A stretch of DNA of 64,000 nt from Bacilli bacterium (GTDB lineage: Bacteria; Bacillota_I; Bacilli_A; RFN20; UBA1709): positions 80,260 through 144,259 of the forward strand of contig JAQUUH010000001.1 of assembly GCA_028693955.1 (NCBI GenBank), in the 5' to 3' direction. Of the stretch, positions 20,657 through 30,376 are shown piece by piece (positions within the stretch are counted from its first letter, which is position 1; every line of letters begins with the position of its first letter). A model generated the notes under the pieces. That model did not search any database and was not told the origin of the DNA. It saw nothing but the letters and a program-made list of their open reading frames with translations. The translations under genes were made by a program, and so were the position numbers.

Positions 20657-21241
20657 CTAAATTAATTCATAAATTTTACTAATAACTTTTTCTATCCATA
20701 TAGTTTCTAAATTAGATGATTTAATTAATTCAATTTCTTCACTTATTCCAAATGCCAAAGATATTTTTCTCTTTAATGTTGCTCTTTCAGATTGGTTTAA
20801 TTTATCATATTTAGTTGCTATCATTATAATAGGAATATTGTTATTAACTAAATTGTTATAAATAACTACATCATCTGAATTTGGAGTTCTTCGTGAATCT
20901 AATAAAAACAATGCACCCTTTAAATTACTACGAAGGGATAAATATTCAGACATCATTACAGCAAAATTTTTATCATTTTTTTTAGAAACTCCTGCATATC
21001 CATAACCAGGGGCATCCACTAACCTAAATTCACTATTATTAATGTCAAAAAAATTTAATAATCTTGTTCTTCCTGGAGTAGATGAAACCTTAGCTATCTT
21101 ATTGTTTCCTGTTATTGCATTTATTAGTGTAGATTTTCCTACATTACTTCGACCCAACAAAACAATCTCAGAAATATCATCATCTATCCAAGAATTTTTA
21201 TTTGGTGCTGATAAAACAAATTTTGCATTTTTCAAAATCAT
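20657..21241 (-). CDS. engB: ribosome biogenesis GTPase EngB/YsxC
   Basis: G1 motif GRSNVGKSTLINAIT is present. It is 194 aa. Its position after lon matches B. subtilis lonA-ysxC. Confidence 0.85.
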   Translation of the reverse strand: MILKNAKFVLSAPNKNSWIDDDISEIVLLGRSNVGKSTLINAITGNNKIAKVSSTPGRTRLLNFFDINNSEFRLVDAPGYGYAGVSKKNDKNFAVMMSEYLSLRSNLKGALFLLDSRRTPNSDDVVIYNNLVNNNIPIIMIATKYDKLNQSERATLKRKISLAFGISEEIELIKSSNLETIWIEKVISKIYELI

Positions 21242-21242
21242 A

Positions 21243-23585
21243 CTAATTAGATTTCCCTTTAACTAAAACTTGATCAATAATTTTTTCAACATTGTCAACA
21301 CAAATTATTTTCATATCTTTTCTAATTGATTCTGGAATTTCTTCGATATCTTTCTCATTATCTTTAGGTATAAAAATAGTTGTTATTCCACTTCTATGAG
21401 CTCCAATAGATTTTTCTTTCAAACCTCCTATTGGCAAAACATTACCACGTAATGTTATTTCTCCTGTCATAGCAATATCTAGGCGAACTGGAAAATTGGT
21501 TAAAGCAGATATCAAAGAAGTTGCAATTGTAACTCCTGCGCTTGGACCATCTTTTGGAACTGCGCCCTCTGGACAGTGAATATGAATATCAATTTTTTCA
21601 AAAATAGCAGGATCAATTTTATATTTTCTTGCTTGTGATTTGACATATCCTAAGGCTATTGAGGCGGATTCTTTCATAACATCACCTAAATTACCGGTGA
21701 TATTTATTCTTCCTTTTCCTTCAAAAACAACGACTTCTACTGGGAGAATATCTCCACCATATTGAGTATAAGCAAGCCCAGTTGTCACTCCTACTTGGTT
21801 TTTCTTTTCTTTTTTCGTATAATCAAACTTTTCTTTTCCTAGATATTCCTTAACTTTTTTAATATTTATTATTTGTTTTGTCTTTATATTGTTTTTTACT
21901 ACTCTAACAGCCACTTTTCGACAAATTGCTCCTATATTTCTTTCTAAATTTCTTACACCAGCTTCTCTAGTATAAAAACGGATTATGTGTAAAATAGCAT
22001 CATTTGTAAAGGAAATTTTATTAAGTGGAAGACCATTTTCACTAATTTGCTTTTTCACAAGATGGTTTTGAGCAATATTTAACTTTTCTACTTCTGTATA
22101 TGAAGATAACTCTATAATTTCAAGTCTATCCCTTAAAGGAGAAGGAATATTTTCTAAATAATTCGCTGTAGCAATAAACAAAACATTTGATAAATCATAA
22201 GGCTCTTCTAAATAATTATCACTAAAAGCCATATTTTGCTCTGGATCTAGTACTTCTAATAAAGCATTAGATGGATCTCCTTTATAGTCTGCACCAACTT
22301 TATCAATTTCATCTAGTAAAAAAACTGGATTAATTACTCCTGCTTTTTTCATACCTTGTATAATTCTACCAGGCATTGATCCTAAATAAGTACGACGGTG
22401 ACCTCTGATTTCAGCCTCATCACGAACACCACCTAAAGATACTTTAACAAATTTTCTTCCAAGTGCCTTTGCAATAGAAATAGCAAGCGAAGTCTTACCG
22501 GTTCCTGGTGGCCCACTAAAACATAATATTGGAGCTTTTAAAGAAGAAGTTAATTTTTTAACTGCTAGATATTCCAATATTCTTTCCTTAATTTTTTCAA
22601 GACCATAATGATCCGTGTTTAAAACTACTTCGACATTATTTAAATCATCATTATCATCACTTTTTTGATACCATGGCGTTTTTAATACCCAATCAATATA
22701 AGTTCTTATAACGCTTGATTCAGCACTTGAAGGAGGCATCATATCATATCTTTTTAATTCATCCAAAATCTTACTTTTGATGTTTTCTGGATATGGATTT
22801 TCTTCAATTTGTTTTCTTATATCATCTGTATCATCATCTTTATTTGGGGTATCACCAAGTTCTTCTTTTATAGCTTTAAGTTTTTCTCTTAAAACATATT
22901 CTTTTTGATTTTCATCAATTCTATCTCGAACTTTTTGATTGATTTCACTTTCTAGTTTATTAATTTCTTTTTCTTGAGAAATTGCTCCAATTATAAGTTT
23001 CAATCTCTCATTAACTTCTCTAGTTTCAAGTACTTTTTGTTTTGACTCTAAAGAAATTGGTAAATAATGCGCAATTGAATCTGCCAATTCGTGAGCAGAA
23101 ATTCCTTTAGACATCTCTTGTATTAAATTAACTGGAAATTGTGTGCTTGGAGTATTTGCAAGTTCTTCAATAGTTTTTGCTAGAGAGCGAACAAGTGCAA
23201 CTTCCTCATTTTTGTCACCATAAACATCATCAATTATCTCATAGTTTGCAGAATAATATTCTTCAGAAATATCTAATTTTGTTATTTTTAGACGTAACAA
23301 ACCTTCAAATAGAACTCTTTTTGAGCCATCTGAATTGTTTTTAATGTTTTTTATTTTAACTAATGTACCTACATTATATAAATCTTTTTGTGTTGGATCA
23401 TAAACTTCAGAGTCTTTTTGCGACAAAATAATCAAAAAACTGTCAGCCTTTTCTTGCGAATATGAAATTGCATTCATACTCTTATCTCTTCCTACTTCTA
23501 AAGCCATCTCAATATGAGGGAAAAATACTATCCCTCTAGTACAAACCACAGGAAGAGCCAAACTCGTATTTTCTGGTTGATTCAT
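21243..23585 (-). CDS. lon: ATP-dependent Lon protease
   Basis: An N-terminal LON domain, AAA+ Walker A GPPGTGKTS and a C-terminal Ser-Lys protease domain (PKDGPSAG) are present. It is 780 aa. Confidence 0.9.
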   Translation of the reverse strand: MNQPENTSLALPVVCTRGIVFFPHIEMALEVGRDKSMNAISYSQEKADSFLIILSQKDSEVYDPTQKDLYNVGTLVKIKNIKNNSDGSKRVLFEGLLRLKITKLDISEEYYSANYEIIDDVYGDKNEEVALVRSLAKTIEELANTPSTQFPVNLIQEMSKGISAHELADSIAHYLPISLESKQKVLETREVNERLKLIIGAISQEKEINKLESEINQKVRDRIDENQKEYVLREKLKAIKEELGDTPNKDDDTDDIRKQIEENPYPENIKSKILDELKRYDMMPPSSAESSVIRTYIDWVLKTPWYQKSDDNDDLNNVEVVLNTDHYGLEKIKERILEYLAVKKLTSSLKAPILCFSGPPGTGKTSLAISIAKALGRKFVKVSLGGVRDEAEIRGHRRTYLGSMPGRIIQGMKKAGVINPVFLLDEIDKVGADYKGDPSNALLEVLDPEQNMAFSDNYLEEPYDLSNVLFIATANYLENIPSPLRDRLEIIELSSYTEVEKLNIAQNHLVKKQISENGLPLNKISFTNDAILHIIRFYTREAGVRNLERNIGAICRKVAVRVVKNNIKTKQIINIKKVKEYLGKEKFDYTKKEKKNQVGVTTGLAYTQYGGDILPVEVVVFEGKGRINITGNLGDVMKESASIALGYVKSQARKYKIDPAIFEKIDIHIHCPEGAVPKDGPSAGVTIATSLISALTNFPVRLDIAMTGEITLRGNVLPIGGLKEKSIGAHRSGITTIFIPKDNEKDIEEIPESIRKDMKIICVDNVEKIIDQVLVKGKSN

Positions 23586-23605
23586 ATTAATACCTCCCTT
23601 TGTTA

Positions 23606-23632
23606 GAAAAAAGACGCGCTGCGTCTTTTCAT
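23606..23632 (-). terminator. Rho-independent terminator after tig
   Basis: Hairpin AAAAGACGC-gctg-CGTCTTTT (23608-23629) is followed on the minus strand by UUUUUUCU, then the lon RBS AAAGGGAGGT. Confidence 0.6.
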
Positions 23633-23644
23633 CTACTTATATCA

Positions 23645-24928
23645 TTAAGATAATTTATTAACTGACCTTAAATAATCATTTACTTTTCTTGAGAAAACTT
23701 GATTAGCAATTTCATTAATACGATTACCAAATGCCTTTTTTACATCTTCTGCTGTCATTTTATACTGATCAGCAATTTTTTTGATTTCTTCTTCTATATC
23801 GGCATCTAGAACTTTAATTTCATTTTCTTTTGCTATTTCTGAAAGAACAAAAACTGCTCTTAAATTTTTCTCTACATCAGTTTTTATATTTTCCTTAACT
23901 TTATCTTCAGTCATTCCAGTAACTTCGCAGTATTTGTCAAATGGAATTCCTTTACCTTCAACATCTTTTTTAAATCTTTCAAATCCAGCTTGAGTATCGT
24001 TTTCTATCAAAGTGTTAGGGATAGTTAGTTCGCTTTTAGAAACAATTTGTTCAATTAATAAATTGAATCCTAACTTATCGGCTTCAACACTTTTTTTAGC
24101 AAATAAATCAGCCTTAATCTTTTCTTTTAACTGATCTAAATTATCAACACCCTCCATTTGAGCATCTTTTGCCAAATCATCATCTATAGCTGGAATAGTT
24201 TTAGACTTTATAGAATGAATCAAAATTTTAAATGTTGCATTCTTTCCTGCCAACTCTTTAACATAATTATCAGGAAATTTAACTGCTATTTCACATTTTT
24301 GACCAACTTTTTTACCAATTAATTGTTCTTCAAATCCTGGAACAAACATGTTAGAACCTATTTCTAACTCGTATTTCTCCGCTTTTCCTCCTTCAAAGGC
24401 AACACCATCTGTATAACCTTCAAAATCAAAATTAACAATATCTCCATTTGCTACAATATCGTCCTCTTTTGGACCAACTACCGCAAGATTTTTGGCTAAA
24501 TTTTGAAGTTCTCTATCAATATCTTCATCATTAACAACAACTTCGTGTTTAGAAATCTCAATATCTTTATAAATACCTAATTTAACATTTGGTCGTGATG
24601 TAAGAGTATATGTTACAATTAATTTTTCAGCTGAGACCTCATCAACATTAACATTTGGTCTCACTAATATTTCGAATTTATTTTGCTTTTGAATTTCTTC
24701 AAACCCAGTTGGAATAATGATATCCAAAGCTTCTGTCATTGCCTTTGCTGGCTCAATATGTTTTTTAGCAATATTCAAAGGTGCAGCACCTTTTCTAAAA
24801 CCTTTAACTTCAATTTCTTCAGAAAGTTTTTTATAGGCCTTTTCTTGGGCGGCTACCCATTCTTTTGGGTCAAATTCAATTTTTGCTTCAACGATTGCAT
24901 CGCTGACTTTATTAATACTAATTTTCAT
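23645..24928 (-). CDS. tig: trigger factor
   Basis: MKISINKVSDAIVEAKIEFDPKEW... matches trigger factor, and an FKBP-type PPIase core is present. It is 427 aa. Confidence 0.9.
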   Translation of the reverse strand: MKISINKVSDAIVEAKIEFDPKEWVAAQEKAYKKLSEEIEVKGFRKGAAPLNIAKKHIEPAKAMTEALDIIIPTGFEEIQKQNKFEILVRPNVNVDEVSAEKLIVTYTLTSRPNVKLGIYKDIEISKHEVVVNDEDIDRELQNLAKNLAVVGPKEDDIVANGDIVNFDFEGYTDGVAFEGGKAEKYELEIGSNMFVPGFEEQLIGKKVGQKCEIAVKFPDNYVKELAGKNATFKILIHSIKSKTIPAIDDDLAKDAQMEGVDNLDQLKEKIKADLFAKKSVEADKLGFNLLIEQIVSKSELTIPNTLIENDTQAGFERFKKDVEGKGIPFDKYCEVTGMTEDKVKENIKTDVEKNLRAVFVLSEIAKENEIKVLDADIEEEIKKIADQYKMTAEDVKKAFGNRINEIANQVFSRKVNDYLRSVNKLS

Positions 24929-25004
24929 GATTTTCCTCCTAATATATCAACGTTAGTAATTTTAGCATATTAACTCATTATTATCAAATATAATAATGGT
25001 GTTT

Positions 25005-25928
25005 CTAATATTCATTTACATTACATATTGTATCATAATAAACACTTAAAAACTCTTTTTTTACATCGAATAAATTTGCAACCTCTTCAATGGGTTTTTC
25101 AATATTTGAAAGTGTTAATGCATAGTAATACACACTGGCTGCAACATAACTATATTCATCTTTTGATAAATCTATTGGATAGATACTGGCAAAATAACTT
25201 GTTGATATATTGAAACAATATTCCAACAATGAGATATCATTTTCAACTTTTGCTTCAATTATATTATTAACTTCTATTAATGATTCTCGCTCAAAAAGCG
25301 GAGTAAGTTCGGTAGGAATAACAGATATTGTCATACCATCTTTATTTATAATATCAAGTTCTTCTTCAATATTTTGCTCATTTAAAGACTCTAAAATAAT
25401 TGTTTTTAAAAAATTGGGTTTTTCGCTATTTTTAAGAAATGATTTAATCTCTAGTAAAAAATTTCTAATATTTCTTTTTTGTAATTGATTAACGCATAAA
25501 AGAAGAATCTCTTCTTTTTCATTATTTTCCAATAAACTTTTTATTTCATCGTCATTATAAAGATCATATGGAGAATAATTTTTATTTGCTTGTTTGTGTT
25601 TTTTTATTAATCTATTGTATGTGTCATTAAAAATATTTTCAAATTCTCCTGGAATATAAGGCATAGATAATTCTTCTTCTAGTAATTTAATAGCTGCTTC
25701 ATCTTCTTCAATTTCAACAAGTGAGGCAATATACAAAGATAAAATATCATAATAATAATTACTAGTTTCATTTTGAAGTAACACTCTGGCTAAATTTATA
25801 ACTTTCTCGTGTTTTTTCAAGGAAAAATAACAAATAACTTTTTGCAATCCAGCTATTTCGGAAGTATCATTTTTTAACAAATCAAGAGCTTTTTCATATT
25901 CTTCATTTTCAATTAATTTATCAATCAA
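25005..25928 (-). CDS. hypothetical acidic helical protein (307 aa)
   Basis: The long ORF has an AAAGGAGG RBS 8 nt upstream of a TTG start. I recognise no conserved catalytic motifs. It is Glu/Leu/Asn-rich and predicted helical. Confidence 0.5.
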   Translation of the reverse strand: MIDKLIENEEYEKALDLLKNDTSEIAGLQKVICYFSLKKHEKVINLARVLLQNETSNYYYDILSLYIASLVEIEEDEAAIKLLEEELSMPYIPGEFENIFNDTYNRLIKKHKQANKNYSPYDLYNDDEIKSLLENNEKEEILLLCVNQLQKRNIRNFLLEIKSFLKNSEKPNFLKTIILESLNEQNIEEELDIINKDGMTISVIPTELTPLFERESLIEVNNIIEAKVENDISLLEYCFNISTSYFASIYPIDLSKDEYSYVAASVYYYALTLSNIEKPIEEVANLFDVKKEFLSVYYDTICNVNEY

Positions 25929-25957
25929 ATATAATTCCTCCTTTACGATAAAAAAAT

Positions 25958-26033
25958 GGCGTCCACGAAAGGATTCGAACCTTCGACCTACGGCTTAGAA
26001 GGCCGTTGCTCTATCCAGCTGAGCTACGTGGAC
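25958..26033 (-). tRNA. tRNA-Arg (anticodon TCT)
   Basis: Cloverleaf: acceptor GTCCACG/CGTGGAC, U8-A9, D-arm GCTC-AGCTGGATA-GAGC, anticodon stem ACGGC/GCCGT with loop CTTCTAA, T-arm with TTCGAAT, discriminator G and an encoded CCA. A U-run follows. Confidence 0.85.
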
Positions 26034-26092
26034 ACGCGTATTTATAATATAATATTATCACTAATTTATCAACACATTTTAGAAAAAAATAA

Positions 26093-28537
26093 TTAACTGA
26101 TGTACTTATAAATAACTTTCCTCAATTTAGTGCTACCTTTAACCAACAATGGTAATAAAACTAGTGAATATTGACAAATAACAACTACTAACAATATATT
26201 TGGTACTCCTAACATAATCATATCAAAAAATCCATTGAAAAGAACCAAAGCTCCAGCAAACAATACACACATAGAAATAAATAATAATCTTCTACCAGCA
26301 TTAAATGGTTTACATACTCTATATAATACTAATAAACCCACGTATGTAGTAATAAATACCGTAGATGTTGAAATTTCGGCATAACTTAAATTCAAATATT
26401 TACCAACAACAATTAAGACCAAGTAATTTAAGACAACAAGTAGGCCTCCAGGAAGAGCACTTGTTAATATGTTAAGCAAAAATCTTCCACGGACTTGATT
26501 ATTGTTTGGTTCAACAGCTAAATACAATGATGGTACACCTATAACAAGAAAATCAAAAAACATTAATTGAATCGTTTGAATAGGATAAGGATAATGTAAT
26601 GCAATAACGAGCACTGAGATTAAAAATGAAAATATTGTTTTTGTGAGATATAAAGTGGCAACACGTTGAATATTATTAATTACTCTTCTTCCTTCTTTTA
26701 CAACTTGAGGCATTGATGAAAAATTAGAATCAAGCAAAACTAAATGAGAAACATTTCTTGCTGCTTCTGACCCATTTGCCATTGCTATTGAGCAATCAGC
26801 TTCCTTTAAAGCCAAAATATCATTAACTCCATCTCCAGTCATTGCAACAACATTTCTTTTCTTTTTTAGTAATTTAACTAAAACTCTTTTTTGAGATGGG
26901 GAAACTCTACCAAATACAGTATATTCATTAACAAGCAAACTCAATTCTTCATCAGTTTTACCATCCAAGCTCACATATTTATTAGCATTTTCAATGCCAG
27001 CTCTTTTTGCTATTTTTGAAACAGTTAATGGATTATCACCAGAAATTACACGGACATCTACTCCGCTTTGTTTGAAATAATTAATAGTTTCAATGGCATC
27101 TTTTCTAATTGTATCTTCAATACAAATTAAGGCTAAAGGAGTCATTAATTGTTCATCCATTGATTGTTGATTATTTGTAATCACTTCTTCACTACTGGCT
27201 AAAAGTAACACTCTATAACCTAATTCGGCATATTTTTCAACCTCATCACTTATTTCTTTATATCTATTTTTAAAAATAAATTCTGGAGCGCCAAGAACAA
27301 AAGCAAGTTTTAATTCTTTGTAACTTGCAGCACTATATTTTCTAGCACTTGAAAATGGAATAATAGCTGATGGTTTTGTTTTTGAATTCTTACCAAATCT
27401 TTTTTGTAAAGCTATTGCTGTTGCATTATTTTCCTTAAATGAACCTTGTAATAAAGATATAATTTGCTTTGTTGTAAGCCCTGTTTTATTCTCAAATTCT
27501 ATAACATCTCTAACTTTCATTGTACCATCTGTAATAGTTCCTGTTTTATCTAAGCACAAAACATTCACTCTTGCTAACATTTCAATACAATAAAGATCTT
27601 GCACTAAAGTATTATAACTACCAAGTTTTATTACACCATAAGCAAGAGAAAGTGATGTAAGAAGAAATAATCCTGAAGGAATCATTCCAATTATTCCCCC
27701 TGCAGTTCCAATAACTGAACTTACGTAATCATAATCTTGTATAACATATTGATTTATAAATAAAGCTGCCCCTACAAGAATTACTATAACTGTTACTATT
27801 TTGATTAGCATTCTTAAGGAATTCATTATTTCAGATTTTGGCTTACGGTATTTTTTCGCTTGCATTACTAATTTTTGAATATAATTATCTTCACCAACTT
27901 TAGTAACTTGAGCATAACATTCACCAGAAACAACAAAACTTCCAGAATATAAAACACTACCTGGCTCTTTTACTACCGCATCAGATTCTCCAGTTAACAA
28001 GGATTCATTAACTTCAATTGTTCCGCTACTAACTACAGAATCAGCACAAATTTGCTTTCCTAATGTTAAATAAACAATATCATCTATTACTATATCCTCA
28101 CTAGAAATATTTTTTATTTCTCCATCTCTTAATACTTCAACAATAGGAGCTGAAAAGAGTGATAATTTTTCAATAGTTCTTTTGGCCTTTAATTCTTGAA
28201 ATATTCCAATTATTGTATTTATTATAATTACAGACATAAAGGTTAAATTTTTAAATGAATTAACCGTAATTAGCCATATTGCAATTGACAAATTTAGCAA
28301 ATTAAAAATAGTCAAAATATTTGACTTAAAAATTTCTTTTTTAGTTTTTGAAGTTCTATTTGAAGTAAAATTAGTTAAACCTTTTTCTAAGCGATCATTG
28401 ACTTCTTTTACAGATAAACCATTACTTGTAGAAGTTCTTTTTATTGTTCTTTTAACTTGCTTTTTTGAGTTTTTATCATTATTAGCAAGGGGTTTTTTAT
28501 TATCTTTAGATTTTTTTTCATTATTTTTTTTCATCAT
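26093..28537 (-). CDS. cation-transporting P-type ATPase (type II/III, Ca2+/Mg2+-like)
   Basis: TGES (LTGESDAV), phosphorylation site DKTGTIT, hinge MTGDGVND and 10 predicted TM helices are present. It is 814 aa. Confidence 0.85.
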   Translation of the reverse strand: MMKKNNEKKSKDNKKPLANNDKNSKKQVKRTIKRTSTSNGLSVKEVNDRLEKGLTNFTSNRTSKTKKEIFKSNILTIFNLLNLSIAIWLITVNSFKNLTFMSVIIINTIIGIFQELKAKRTIEKLSLFSAPIVEVLRDGEIKNISSEDIVIDDIVYLTLGKQICADSVVSSGTIEVNESLLTGESDAVVKEPGSVLYSGSFVVSGECYAQVTKVGEDNYIQKLVMQAKKYRKPKSEIMNSLRMLIKIVTVIVILVGAALFINQYVIQDYDYVSSVIGTAGGIIGMIPSGLFLLTSLSLAYGVIKLGSYNTLVQDLYCIEMLARVNVLCLDKTGTITDGTMKVRDVIEFENKTGLTTKQIISLLQGSFKENNATAIALQKRFGKNSKTKPSAIIPFSSARKYSAASYKELKLAFVLGAPEFIFKNRYKEISDEVEKYAELGYRVLLLASSEEVITNNQQSMDEQLMTPLALICIEDTIRKDAIETINYFKQSGVDVRVISGDNPLTVSKIAKRAGIENANKYVSLDGKTDEELSLLVNEYTVFGRVSPSQKRVLVKLLKKKRNVVAMTGDGVNDILALKEADCSIAMANGSEAARNVSHLVLLDSNFSSMPQVVKEGRRVINNIQRVATLYLTKTIFSFLISVLVIALHYPYPIQTIQLMFFDFLVIGVPSLYLAVEPNNNQVRGRFLLNILTSALPGGLLVVLNYLVLIVVGKYLNLSYAEISTSTVFITTYVGLLVLYRVCKPFNAGRRLLFISMCVLFAGALVLFNGFFDMIMLGVPNILLVVVICQYSLVLLPLLVKGSTKLRKVIYKYIS

Positions 28538-28605
28538 TACCCCTCGCTTTTCTTGTAATAATTATAACTTTTACTATTGTAAAAAACAATTATAAATAAG
28601 AATAC

Positions 28606-30375
28606 CTATTCATCTTTTATATTTTCTAATTTACGATAAATATTAATAGCAACTTTTTCTGGAACATATTGCTGTAATTCTTCAATTGATGCATTTTTTA
28701 TTTTAGAAATGCTACCATAATTTTTTAAAAGGTTTTCTATTCTTTTACTTCCTAATCCTTTAATATCATCAAGAATTGATTTTGTCATTGTTCTATTACG
28801 CAAATTACGATGATAATTAATGGCAAATCTATGAACTTCATCTTGCATTCTTGTTAAAAGAAAAAATAAAGGCTTAGATTTACTAATATCATATTCATTT
28901 CCGTTTTGATCTATCAACGCTCTTGTTGTATGTTTATCATCTTTTACAAGACCATATACTGGTATTTCTATCATTAAATCTTTTAATGCTTTTTTTGCTG
29001 CATTTACTTGATTTATACCCCCATCAATTAGTATTAAATTAGAAAACTCATTTTTTTCAGTCAATTTTCTATAATATCTTCTATATATTACTTCATTAAT
29101 TGAAGCAACATCATTACCAGAAATATCATCACTCAATTTATATTTCCTATACATTTTTTTATTTGGTATACCATTTTGAAACACTACTACTGCACTAACA
29201 GCATTTTCTCCTGAAAGATGAGAATTATCAATTAACTCAATTAACCGTAATGAATTAATACCCAAAATACCTTTAAAATAGTCTAAAGTTTTATTCAAAT
29301 CCGAATCTTCAACAGAAGATAATACATTTTGTTCTTCCAATGCTTTTATTGCATTTTTAGCACACATACTCAAAATATCCATTTTATTTCCTTTTTTTGG
29401 AGAATATATTTTTATCTTTAATGCATCTTCAAGTAAATCAAGATCATCGAGGCTTGGGATGATTATTTCTTTTGGCAAAATATTTTTTTCATAAAATTGT
29501 ATTATATAAGAAAAGAACTCATCAATCTCGTTTCCATAAAGAGGAATTACATTATTAATTCTATTTATTAAATTTCCTTGACGAAAAATAAGAGTTGAAA
29601 TAGATATATAATCATCAGAAGAATGAAATGCAAAAACATCTCTATCAATTTTTTCTGTTGAAACTACATTGGCTTTATTACCAACATATTCAATGTTTTC
29701 TAAAATTTTCTTATACTCACCTGCAAGTTCAAATTTTAATTCTTTTGCTGCTTTCTTCATTTTTTCATTTATTTCTTTTATAACATTTTTATTGTTTCCA
29801 CCAATGAAACTTCGAATATCTTTAATTATTTTAGAATATGTTTCAGAAGAAACTTCATTTATACAAGGAGCTAAACATTGCCCTAAATGATAATATAGGC
29901 AAGGTTTTTTAGGAATTTTTTGACATTTACGTAAAGGAAATATTTGATTTAATAAATCTACTATTTCATAGGCAGTAGAAGAACTAGGATATGGTCCAAA
30001 ATATATAGATTTTTTATCATTTATTTTCCTAGATATAATTATTTTAGGGTTTTTTTCTCCTTTTATTTGAATATAAGGATAAGATTTATCATCTTTCAAC
30101 AAAACATTATATTTTGGCAAATACTCATGAATTAAGTTTATTTCTAAAAGCAATGCATCCTTTTCAGAATTTGTTATTATAAAATCAAAATCATCAACAT
30201 CATTAACCATTTTTTGAGTTTTACCACTATGAGGCTTTGTAAAATATTGAGTTACTCTATTGATTAAATTCTTTGCTTTACCAACATAAATGACTTCTAA
30301 CTCTTGATTTTTCATTATATAAACTCCAGAAACTGCATCTAGTAGCTTTAATTTTTCGGAAATTTTTTGTTTCAT
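28606..30375 (-). CDS. uvrC: excinuclease ABC subunit C
   Basis: An N-terminal GIY-YIG domain (GVYIMKNQELEVIYVGKAKNL), a UvrBC-interacting region and a C-terminal RNaseH-like/HhH region are present. It is 589 aa. Confidence 0.9.
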   Translation of the reverse strand: MKQKISEKLKLLDAVSGVYIMKNQELEVIYVGKAKNLINRVTQYFTKPHSGKTQKMVNDVDDFDFIITNSEKDALLLEINLIHEYLPKYNVLLKDDKSYPYIQIKGEKNPKIIISRKINDKKSIYFGPYPSSSTAYEIVDLLNQIFPLRKCQKIPKKPCLYYHLGQCLAPCINEVSSETYSKIIKDIRSFIGGNNKNVIKEINEKMKKAAKELKFELAGEYKKILENIEYVGNKANVVSTEKIDRDVFAFHSSDDYISISTLIFRQGNLINRINNVIPLYGNEIDEFFSYIIQFYEKNILPKEIIIPSLDDLDLLEDALKIKIYSPKKGNKMDILSMCAKNAIKALEEQNVLSSVEDSDLNKTLDYFKGILGINSLRLIELIDNSHLSGENAVSAVVVFQNGIPNKKMYRKYKLSDDISGNDVASINEVIYRRYYRKLTEKNEFSNLILIDGGINQVNAAKKALKDLMIEIPVYGLVKDDKHTTRALIDQNGNEYDISKSKPLFFLLTRMQDEVHRFAINYHRNLRNRTMTKSILDDIKGLGSKRIENLLKNYGSISKIKNASIEELQQYVPEKVAINIYRKLENIKDE

Positions 30376-30376
30376 T

